Source: Lingula anatina (lineage: Eukaryota > Animalia > Brachiopoda). Taken from it: a stretch of 64,000 bases of DNA. The stretch is from assembly GCA_051362555.1 (NCBI GenBank), contig CM120648.1, forward strand, positions 16,426,587 to 16,490,586. Direction: 5' to 3'. Shown one piece after another: positions 1 to 11,158 of the stretch. Both the position numbers and the translations under genes were made by a program. The stretch's first letter is position 1, and each line of letters starts with the position of its first letter. Below the pieces are notes generated by a model. It saw only the letters and a program-made list of their open reading frames with translations, was not told where the DNA came from and did not search any database.

Positions 1-118
1 CCAATATTTCCATAACTGAACCATTTTCTAGCCCCAAAGTGTCTGTGTTATGTGAAGTCTGCTGTATAAAGGATGCCTCACATCTCTGCTTCAGAAAATT
101 ATATTATAATTAAATAAT

Positions 119-589
119 TGTTGTAAAGCAAATGACATACACTTTCGTCAATTACAAAACAATGTAAACTGAATGAAATGTGTAGAAAGTTATTGAGTAC
201 AAGTAAATTTCTTTGAGTGCCAGTAAGTGTAGATATTGTTCTAGAAGTAAGAAAGTATGGAACGTTTCAGAGTCCGATATAGTTGGATCAGATTGGTTAA
301 TTTTTCTCATCTGATTTGCGCGTGTTTAACACGTGTAGAACTCATGCATTCTTGAATTGGACAGGATCCAAGATGAGTAACTCGGATAATATTTTAGATA
401 TTTTAAATCATAAACAAGTCTCATTTAAATTACTAAATTAGGGAATATTGAATAGAGTTTTGTAACATGAGAATGGGAAATTTGAGAATGGAAAATAGTG
501 TATAAAAACTTGTACATTCTGTGAAAAAGAGAGTCGGTGAATAAACGTTCGAAAGCTCCAAACTGCTGTCGTCATTCCTCACTATAACA
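119..589 (+). mobile_element. 5' LTR (471 bp) of a Ty3/gypsy-type retrotransposon
   Basis: Starts TGTTG (119) and ends TAACA (589). TATAAAA at 501 and AATAAA at 540. Followed after 2 nt by a TGG-starting PBS and then a gag ORF. Its first 185 bp recur inverted at 1567-1751 next to a PPT. Confidence 0.85.
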
Positions 590-591
590 AG

Positions 592-622
592 TGGTGGAGG
601 AAAAATCGATCCCCGCTCTACC
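592..622 (+). other. Primer-binding site, tRNA-Ala-like, possibly multipartite
   Basis: TGGTGGAG (592-599) is complementary to the ...CUCCACCA 3' end of tRNA-Ala. ATCGATCCC (605-613) and CGCTCTACC (614-622) match the complements of the T-arm and D-arm of tRNA-Ala(AGC) as I recall it. Confidence 0.6.
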
Positions 623-813
623 GAGGCAAGCGCATCGGCGATAAAGTTATGGTGATGACGGCAGCAGGAGCGTAGACACCGATGAGTTCACACCATCCAC
701 CCAGAGGCAAACATCGTCAGTGTCTCAGCGCAGAGGAAACCGAGTATGCTGAGTAATGAAAATAACTAAAAGTCATTACCCTAGCAACAATTAATAACTG
801 AAAAAAGACGAAG

Positions 814-1629
814 ATGTCCTCAGATTTATCTTTGGCGCCAGAAAAGTTTTCTGGTAACGGAAACGAAGATATCGAAAGGTGGCTAAAGCAGTTTGATAAC
901 TATACACTGTATAAAAAATTAGAAGAAGTCCAAATTACCGCCTTGTTTCCTCTGTTGCTCAAGCAATCCGCCATAGACTGGTATGAGTTGTTGCCAGCTA
1001 CAGTACAGAAAAATTGGGAATTGCTCGTCCGCGAGTTCCGTGCCAGGTACCAACTAAGAGACGGAGAAACGTGGGCGAGAGCTTCAGAATTTTTTAGACG
1101 GCATCAGCTGCCAGAAGAACCGGTGCAGAACTACATTGCGGCAATGCGCCACGACGCCAAACGTGCGCGTTTAGATGAGGGAACGGCCCTTACGGTGATT
1201 ATAAACGGGATACTCCCCGAGATCCGCCCCTTCGTAGTGCAGAGGGAGCCATCTGATTTTGAGTCCTTGATGCACCATGCGCGCATCGCGGAAAATGCGG
1301 TGCAGCCGACCAAAAGGAACCAACGAACTGAAATAAAGATGATAACGGAGAAAATAGACGCGTTGCAGAACTCCATCAGTGATGCCGTACGTACCAGCGC
1401 ACAGTCGGCGATCCACATGGTACAAAACCCAAAGCTAACTAGTGATGAAAGAAACTTGGCACCCCCAAGAGCGAGTCCTTTTGCGCCTCCCAAAAAGTTC
1501 TGGCACAACGCCAACGGCCCAAGACGTATGCTCCAGCGAAACATTTATCTGCGACGCCCAGATCACAAATTAACCAATCTGATCCAACTATATCGGACTC
1601 TGAAACGTTCCATACTTTCTTACTTCTAG
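814..1629 (+). CDS. Ty3/gypsy Gag (capsid-containing), C-terminally truncated; last ~21 aa read from the inverted LTR
   Basis: Uninterrupted 271-aa ORF with a retrotransposon-gag pattern (PEKFSGNGNEDIERWL...AIDWYELL...RRHQLPEEPVQNYI...INGILPEIR). No zinc knuckle, protease or RT follows. Confidence 0.85.
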   Translation: MSSDLSLAPEKFSGNGNEDIERWLKQFDNYTLYKKLEEVQITALFPLLLKQSAIDWYELLPATVQKNWELLVREFRARYQLRDGETWARASEFFRRHQLPEEPVQNYIAAMRHDAKRARLDEGTALTVIINGILPEIRPFVVQREPSDFESLMHHARIAENAVQPTKRNQRTEIKMITEKIDALQNSISDAVRTSAQSAIHMVQNPKLTSDERNLAPPRASPFAPPKKFWHNANGPRRMLQRNIYLRRPDHKLTNLIQLYRTLKRSILSYF

Positions 1630-1790
1630 AACAATATCTACACTTACTGGCACTCAAAGAAATTTACTTGTACTCAATAACTTTCTACACATTTCATTCA
1701 GTTTACATTGTTTTGTAATTGACGAAAGTGTATGTCATTTGCTTTACAACATACACCCCTTCTTCAAAAGAATTCGTCCTCGAATTCTAA
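1567..1790 (-). mobile_element. Inverted 3' end of the same gypsy element: 3' internal motif, PPT and first 185 bp of the 3' LTR
   Basis: 1567-1751 is the exact reverse complement of 119-303. On the minus strand it is preceded by AATTCGAGGACGAATTCTTTTGAAGAAGGGGTGTA, a typical gypsy 3'-end/polypurine tract. Confidence 0.85.
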
Positions 1791-2894
1791 AACTTTACAA
1801 CATAATCAATCAGAAATCTTTAAACACAAGAAGGAACGAGGCTAATTCTTGGCGTAAAATGCCCCGTAATTTCGTATCCTGGGGGGAGGGGGCGCAATAG
1901 ACCACGTTCTCCCCCCCCCCTCTCCCGTTTCGGGGGGTGTGGGGAGTTATCCTTCTCTTCCTTCCACAACAGTAAAAACGTACAAGATGAGACTTATTCA
2001 TGCAGTTTTCATTCCCTGCACTAAACAAATACGGTAAAATTATCCTCGTACAATACTTTTTTGTTCGGCATTTTTTTTTAAATTCAACCCCACCCTCCCA
2101 TTCCCATATTTCATGGTAGGGCCTACGGTACATTAGAACTAGTATTATATATATATATTTTTAAAACAGTCTGGTGATACACATGAAACAAAAATATATC
2201 GTGGTTTTTAACGGTTGAAATACTCCGTTAAATGGGGCTAGATCTTATTTTAGACAGCATTCCCGGAAAACGATCGCTAGTTTACCTATCCCTTAGATTA
2301 AAAAGTTCAGGGTGATCACCGACAGTTGCCCACAAGAGGTCGCTGTGTTAAGTCCATCACTTGTAGTATATACCATCACTGCATACAAGGTATCGTAGTA
2401 AAGTATTGAAAATATTAATTCGTATACTAATTAAATAATTATCACGTTGTACCGGATGTTACGACTTTCGACATTATCACAAGGTCTTCTTAGGGTTATA
2501 TTATATTATATTATATTATATTATATTATATTATATTATATTATATTACATGTGCATCCTGAATTTCTGAGCCTACCGACACTTGGCCCTCTCATTGCTT
2601 GAAATCAGTCAAACTTGTTGTTAGAACGGAAGGCCCTGATAACAACTGATCTAAAATAGGCCTATTGAATTATTCATGATGAACAAAAACGTCAAAAAAA
2701 AAATCGCTATTGCGAAATTATTTTCACACGAAATTTAACGCCTCTTAGCGTTTAAAAGTTCCATTTTCATACATAATAAAGAAGCGACCCACTCCTTGCC
2801 ATGTAGAAGAAATTAATTTCAATACCTCATCACGCGAGAGCTATTTATAGACGGATGATCGCACGAAAACCATACAATCTAACGAGTGCATAAA

Positions 2895-2901
2895 TATAAA
2901 A
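2895..2901 (+). promoter_or_regulatory. Candidate TATA box of the astacin gene
   Basis: TATAAAA about 110-130 bp upstream of the ATGs at 3009/3024. Confidence 0.35.
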
Positions 2902-3023
2902 CTAAAAACATCCGGCTTCGTATCCGGCACGCTCGGGTTTCCGCTATGGTGAATTAAAAACCGCTGGATCAACGTGAACGGTGACCACAGCAAAGAGAAA
3001 CGTTGAACATGAAATGTGTTGAA

Positions 3024-4949
3024 ATGAAGACGCCGGGGCCTTTGTGGCTTCGTTCCCTTGGGGGATTTTTGGTTTTCGCCATCGCGTTGAGTGGCGTAAC
3101 TGGCAGATCCGACGCTCTTCCTTTGGAGGTAGGAAAAGAAACAGAAACCGAGAGATGTACTTTATTAAGCTTTATCTTAAAATGTTCACAGATAATGATA
3201 CTCCTTTTTTTCCCAGGCAAAGTAAAAATTGAAGTCCGAACGTTTCTCCGACACTAGTATTAATTTGCAAAGTGCAGCGTTTAAAACTAGGTTAGTCCGA
3301 AGGTTCATTGGTCCGAAGGTTCATTGGTCCGAATATTCACTATAGAACCTTCGGACCAATGAACCCTTGATTAAAAAATCGATGAAAATGTGACCACTTT
3401 TCGGACCAATGAACCTTCGGACCAATGAACCTTCGGACTATCGAGACGCCCTCGGTTTTCAACTTCTGCTCGACGTTGGCAAAAGGGTGGAAGACCACTG
3501 GTAGGCCGACTGTAAGTCGCCAGACACACCGAGCCGGAGCCGACGTCGGCTGCCAACGTTGACCCGACGGAGGCGAAGTCGTCGGGCCGCCGTCGGCGCG
3601 ACCACTGTTTGCTATCTGAGAAATTGTAAGCTAGCTTCTTAACATGTGAAAGCTTACGCCCAATTATGTGTAGAACTGATTAAGTAAAAAAAAAACAATA
3701 TTTTTATCAACATGTGCTAGACAGTATACTGTAAATTTCATCACACTTGAAATCAGCTAGGTTACTTTATGTATACGAGATGTGCTTGCATGGTGTTTGC
3801 AGTTTTAGACAGAGAAAAAACTTCGTTAAAAACGGATCCTCCAGCAAGCTGTAGAAGTACGGTCTGTTATTCCCTAATCACTCAAGTAGACAAATCGAGA
3901 GGCAGTATTCAGTTTTATCTTTTAAACATAGAGAACTATTATCACATTCCAAATGACGTGGGTGTGACGAGCTTACCGCAAATGTTTTGCCTTCTTGAAT
4001 TATGGATATACCATTGGCCTTTTAATAGTAACGGAACTATAGGGATGGACACAGTAGGGGCCTATAATATAGACTAATTTGTCTATTTTGTCCGGCATAT
4101 GTGTCTCGTTTCCCGCGCTTCCGTATAGTTAACGCATAAATAAAGTCGCATTCAGAACAGTGGACTACGTAGTGCGAGGGTTAAATATGGCTGACCCACT
4201 TGAATACTTCCCCCCGGGGGGGGGGGGGGATCTATTCAGTGTCTGTTAGCAGATTAGACCGCAAGCCTTTTACATGTTTGACCCGCGGACTAGATAGTCC
4301 ATGCACTGTTCTGAATGCGACCTAATACGTCCACGTGCATTAGCGGGTCCGTGCCATTAGAAATGAACACTCAACTCAAATGAGCTGTTTTCATGATGAC
4401 CGCATAACGGCTTTAGATAATCCATTTTATTTGCACCTGTAGTTTATACATACACATATTAAGCTTTTCAGCTACCAGATCGGTTGTTAATGTCTTCGCT
4501 CTTATAGCAATGGACTGAATGGACTTTTTTTCCCTTCTCTGAAAAAGAAGCATTATATACGGCGACTCTTTTGCGTGCAGCCAGATATTTTACTTGTGTG
4601 CACAATTATTCAAACTCGAGCACGAGAATTCACGCATTTCTAGAGTGATATAGATGAATAAATGCATGAGAAGACATCTATTGTAAATAAATGACATACA
4701 CTGTATGTTTGCGACAGAGAAATAAGACAGGCGTGCGTCCCAAAATATCCTAAACTGCAACTTCAGGATATTTATTTTATGAATTATTTATGATCACAAA
4801 GAAATGAAAAAAGGAATAACCACATACGCAATAGACACATCATTTCTGGGCAGTTAAAAGCTAGGATAGCTCCTTCACCTTTAATTTTTTCCTGCTGCGA
4901 GCACACGTTACATTCAATGAATATTCCTGTAGAAGACTGACAATGGTGT

Positions 4950-4996
<47 letters not shown>

Positions 4997-7148
4997 TTTA
5001 ATTAAAATTAGTAGAAAAACACTACCGATATAAGGTAGAACTCGGACAATCCATAAAGTTATAACAGATTCTTCCGACAAATCTAAATGCTAAGCAAAAA
5101 ATGATTTTTCTATGTCCCTGGGAGTCGGGCAACAGGAAGTGACTATTTTTACGTCATTATACAGCTGTTACACCCTGAGAGTCAGACAACTAAATCATGA
5201 TTTCTTTATATCGTTTACAGGAAGTTGAAGAGAAATTAACGCGACACACAAGAGCCACAGAAGGTGAGTGTAGGGTTCATCATTCAATATTCAAACTATG
5301 TATTTCAATTGAAAATGTGCAAGTACCTGTTATAGACCCACTACTTGACTTTTGTAATGATGTTTTCTTCCTTTTGTAACTCGAATTTGTGAAGTTGATA
5401 TACATGTAGGCCTATAATAATGATAAGTGTGATAACGTTAGTGTGTATAGAGAGCCTGTCAGTGTAACTGTAAAAACATTTTAGTGCTCAATTAAATTAT
5501 CATCATATTAAGAACAATTAAGCTTGTGAGCTCTGTCAGTTTATTTGATTATAGAGTAATTTCCTCTGACTTCCGGACGAAAATAGATTTTAGATTCTAA
5601 ATGCATCCTGCAAGAGAATTAACTATCTGACAGGCCCGGATATCGCCACGTTAACACACGATCTGCTGAAAAAGAAACTAAAGGCACTTTTTTCTTTCTA
5701 TTGTTTGACAAGTCACGACAAATGGGACTTGGGGTCACAAACATAAATCTCAAATGACAGTCCTGTTTTCCATGTCATCCAGATACTTGGACAGGGGAGG
5801 GGGAGGGGGGGCATGACGGGATTTCCAAGGAAATTTCACCTGGCTCTGGTGTCGCAAATGGATATTAGTCCGAAATTTGGCAGTTATTTAATACCGGAAA
5901 TTTAGTCAACTTCAGAATAAATCCTTAGACGTTTATTTCAATTGTAACTGTTGGTTTGAGACGCCATCCACGTGCTTCCTGTTTTTAAAATTTCATTCAA
6001 TTGGACCAATAGAAACTTATCTTGGTTCAAACGAGACTAAATGTTTGCCTCTCTCCCTCTCTCTCTCTCTCTCTCTTTTATTTTTTTTAAAAACAAAGTC
6101 TTGCATGCTTTTCATTGTTGCACCACGAGAGAGGAGACATGCAGGCTCATGTAATGAACAATGACCCGCTCAAAGTCGCTGAAATATGACCCTGTGCCCA
6201 AGACTGTAATGTGATACGGCTCTTTTTTAAGTATTTAATTGATTTATCTTATTATCCAGCTGTATCAGGACTTGTCGCTGAAATGCGCCCCAATGAATCG
6301 GACTATTATTTGATACGACTCTTGTTTAGTATTTAATGGATATAACTTATTATCTGTGTCATGAATATGTTTTAAATGTTTTATCATTCGTATTTTCAGA
6401 GGAGGAAAGGCTATCAGCGTTATACGGAGGTGAGTGCGATAAACGTGTTTTGTTTAGTTTTCCAGAACAGCAACGTCAACTTTTGAAATGTGTGTCAGTG
6501 GAAAAATGACCTATTCTGTGCAGCTACATGTAAAAGTTTTCAGGAAACATCATCTAATTGTCATATAAACTTCATCTGTTTAGTGTGTTCCCATTTTACT
6601 CGCGAAACTGAAATGTCAGTTACGGAAATTGAATGTTTCCCTGTGTTCAGTTAATTCACATGGACCTTCATCACACGGATACATCCACCCAGACAGTGCA
6701 ATACTAGTACCCTCTACCAGGGCCACAAATTGACTTTTCACTAGACATTCACATATAATGTCTCTGGCTAAATATGGTCAATCCTCTAACTGGTTGAAAA
6801 TGTGCCTATAATATCTGGCGCCCTGGTAGAGGGTAAAATGCATGTACTAGCAGGTTGAATGCCTGTGCTAAGGTGGCCACTGAATAAATAAGCTAGCATT
6901 ACCTGCCCCGGCGACCGCCACAAGGTGTAAAACCATAAAATTGTGTAAAACGAGTGTTTTTTTCTTCTGAAAATCAAAAGAATGTCTCTTACAACACCTA
7001 ATAAAGCATACTGTACTTGTGAGTAGTTACATGTACCAGTGATTTGGCATAAGCTTTCTTTGCTGTATAAATAAATTTTGACATCGTGATTCTTCTTTAC
7101 AGATAATTTTGAGGGAGATATTGTTTTACCGACGGTGAGTGTTGCACT

Positions 7149-7188
<40 letters not shown>

Positions 7189-7632
7189 TTAGTTTATATG
7201 TTTAGAACCCTAAATACATATTTTACGGTATGATGAGATGATATGAGATGAAAACATGAAAACACTGATGGTAACAAATAACTTAATGAGAAATAGCACC
7301 CTGCGTACACAGCTTATTTCCTATTGTAGGGCTCCAGAAATGCCATCAGAAATTTCAATCAGAAATGGACAAAAGGAGTTGTGCCGTACGTTATCGAGGG
7401 TAATGTGGGTACGTAGAAGAGTTCTCGAAAATTCTCGAGAGTTCACGGGGAAAACTGATTTTAATATTTGAAAATATTCAGATGTTTAAGAAATTCTTCG
7501 CAACACTTTGTTTCCATTGTAGTAGATTTCAAATTTTATAACATGCAGAAAAATAAAAAAAACAAAAAAACATAATTCATTTTGATGAACGAGTTCCCGG
7601 CCCAAGTATACATGTTTGCCACTGCGTGTATA

Positions 7633-7671
<39 letters not shown>

Positions 7672-10202
7672 CCTGTATATATATAATCCCTTTTAAATGT
7701 CCTCAAATGTACATATACATCATATTTTCCCCCTCGGTTTACAGCTTCAAAGGGCAGACGTGCCATTAGTGCAGCCATCGCAGATTACAATCGGTTCACA
7801 TGTATCCGGTTTATACCGAGAACAAATGAGAACGCTTACGTCAGCTTCAGTTCAGCCAAACAAGGGTAAGTAATGGTCCTTCTGTTGTCCACAATATCGC
7901 CCACACTCAGGACCAAACTGAATTATCGGTGCTTTATTCCATAGACTGGCAGGCTTGATTGTGCCCGAAAACAATACAAGTAACGACATTACTGAGTGTG
8001 CCGATGGATCCAATAATTAGATAAAGTACAAACTCGAAAAAAAAAACAAAAACAAAAATAAATTCAGTTTAAATGGTCGAACTGAACTACAACGAATATC
8101 CGCAATACGCTTCGATTGGAAGGCGGTATAGTCAGTAATTAGACACAATCACCTCTGAACAAAAACGAACTCGATTTGTTATCCAAATACCTGGTCTATT
8201 TTCTAATAGTGTTTGTCCCTAACTACAGGTGCTACAGTTCCATTGGCAGAACAGGAAGAAAACAAATCATCAACCTTCAGAACTCTGGCTGTTACTACAA
8301 AGATATCGTCATCCATGAAATGATGCACGCCATTGGCTTCTGGCACGAGCAGTCCCGACCTGATAGAGACACCTACATCCGGGTATTATTTCAGAATGTC
8401 AAATCAGGTAGGGGCATGTGAACCAGTAGAAACATCGGGTTAGTATCACGTGACAACCATGTGATGTCGTAATGATTTTACCTGTTAAAAGACCTTGTAT
8501 GGTCACTGATAGGGTCGTAGATGGTGAATCGAAACGTTACGTTAGTTATCACAGTCATCGGTTGACTTATGAGGTTTTATAAATCCCAGGGAGCTTCAAC
8601 CCCTGATTTTAAACACATTTAAGGTGTTTTAAAGGTGCATGACATTTAAAGACTTTGCATAGCTTTAAATTCTTTAACCTCAGCACCATCATGAATGTTA
8701 CTGGTCTGCGAACAAATAAGATCCTTTCAACAATGAAGGAGTAAAAACACTTCTCTAAATATTCTGCCGTTGCTGCTGCCATTCCTCCAAAGGGCAAAGG
8801 ATGATGATAATATTTTTAAACATATTGGCATATTTCTCCTTTATTGCATTCCAGAGATCCTCAAAGTCCTGGTTTTAAACATATTATAAGATGTTTTAAC
8901 GGTGCATGACATTTACGGTATAAATAACTTGTAAGCATACTTTAAAATAAATTTGACTTAAAATTATTTCTTCTGTACTGCATGTCTTTCAGGAAAGCAG
9001 CATAACTTTAACATAGCAAGGGGCAGTACCACACAACAGTTGCCGTACGATTATCACAGTGTGATGCACTACTCGAGGAAAGCGTTCTCTAAAAATGGAA
9101 AGCCAACACTAGAGAGCAAGACCAGCGAGAAGATTGACCCCGCCGACGAGTTGACCAGTATTGACAAGAGGAAGATAGCGTTCCTTTATTATTGTGAGGG
9201 CAGAGGTGAGTGTCTTCTCCTGTTACAATACAAAACTAAACATTATTAATTTGCATGTATCTATTTATTTTGAGTTGTCACCAAGTGAAATAATTGATGG
9301 CCACACTAAATGGACAAAACATATTTAATTGTGGTTAAATGAACAAGCTTCCGATTTCTGCTAATATCTTTCAATCAGCCATGTTTAAAAAAATCGACAT
9401 TTTACCTCCCCCGCCCCGTAGTGAGACTTTTATGAACACTAACTGAAGTAAAACGATTGATGGCTATCGGTTGCTACATATACGTATACTCATTTTATTA
9501 TGATGACAAAAACAGCCCTCTTGTATTTAACAGTATTTTTCAACCAATCGTTAAAATACATTTTCAATACGCATTTTCCGTCTCCATTTCACCATTTTTT
9601 CTTTGTCTACTCAGATTTTAACGAGTGTCAGGTGAACAATGGCGGCTGTCAGCAGACGTGTCTGAACACAGAGGGCTCCTTCCGGTGCACGTGTCGTCAA
9701 GGATACAATCTCACAGCAGATGGGAAAACTTGCAAGCGTAAGCTTTTTTATTGTTTTTTGCTATCAGAATTTGTAGATTTTCAAGTTCGATATTTAAATG
9801 AAACTTAGATTTAATATTTGAAATGTTTATAGGTGGAAATGCTTGAAATGTAATTTTTTATTGTTTGTTTGTTTGTTTGTTTTTGTAAAACTAGACTATC
9901 ATTCTGAAAGGCGCAACTCCGCGCTATCATTGGCAAAGTCATGAGAGAGAGAGAGAGAGAGAGTGAGAGAGAGAGAGAGATGGTAAGAGATATTTTATTT
10001 GTTTTACCGAACAATTTTCCAGAAACCTGGACCTGCGCCACATACGGCTGCCAGCACTACTGCAATCAGCAGAACGTCACATACGAGCCCGGATGTAGCT
10101 GCAAAACTGGATTCAAACTCAATGACGATAAGAGAACCTGCTCTGGTGAGTCGATGATCTCAAAAATAATTAATAAATAAAACGATCAATGTCGCAATTT
10201 CA

Positions 10203-10245
<43 letters not shown>

Positions 10246-11123
10246 ATTCATGGATTGATTGCAAGAGTATGAAATTCCGTTGTAAGGCGTATATTTAGAC
10301 GTAAAAATGTGTCATGGTACCTTACCTGCATGTCATTGGTGTGTTGCCATGGCATCTCCCTTCTTTATGTCACGGTGTATTGTCTACTGTCATGGAACCT
10401 TATGTCACGGTGCGTTTTTGTGATTTTGCATATTGACAGGTGACGGAGTGAGCTATCGGGCAGACTTTATGTTCATCACTAATTAAGTCCAGATTTCTGA
10501 ATTTCAATTCTAAATATGGTATTTTTGTCATATGTTGATTTCAAGGGTATAATATATGGCATTGTGTATTTTGGCATAAGGAGCTGTCATGGTGACCTCT
10601 GCCATGGTCTGTTGTCATGGTACCAAAAGCAACGTCATGCTCTGTTGTCACGGTAGCCCATGTCTAGGAGTAATACCATACATTCACAACAAAGTTGATC
10701 CGCGGACTAAATAGTCCGCGTACGTGTCGCATACAGCGCACATTTGACAATGGATTCCCGCCTCCCACGTGTCGTCCAAACAGGGGCAGGGCAATTAAAT
10801 CTCGGTACCCTTTCGAGTGGATGGCGCCATATTTGATCCGTGTTAGTGCGCGGATCAACTTGTTCTGAATGTGCCCAATAAGACCAGTGTCGTTGTGTGG
10901 TAACATGGTACCCTATACCTCAGTATGTATTTTTATTTTAGACATTGACGAGTGTGCTAGCGGACAGAATTCATGTTCTGATAACTGCGTCAACGAAATA
11001 GGAAGCTACCACTGCGAATGTCCGACTGGGAAAATTCTGGCCAATAACCGGACATCATGTATAGGTAGGACTGTTAACTGTAGATTAGCACATAGGTTAG
11101 ATATGATAATTTAAAATCGTCTG

Positions 11124-11158
<35 letters not shown>

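Noticed and set aside
1131-1544. Antisense ORFs over gag and other real exons (e.g. 36145, 52366)
   Set aside because: These are shadow frames of coding sequence on the opposite strand.
119-1751. DIRS element or DNA transposon, suggested by the inverted terminal repeats
   Set aside because: TG...CA LTR, tRNA PBS and gypsy PPT are present, with no tyrosine recombinase or transposase; a rearranged gypsy fits better.
4784-5080. ORFs with poly-Ile, ERERE, IYIY or poly-Lys runs (also 7536, 11111, 19317, 20599)
   Set aside because: These are translations of microsatellites or homopolymers.
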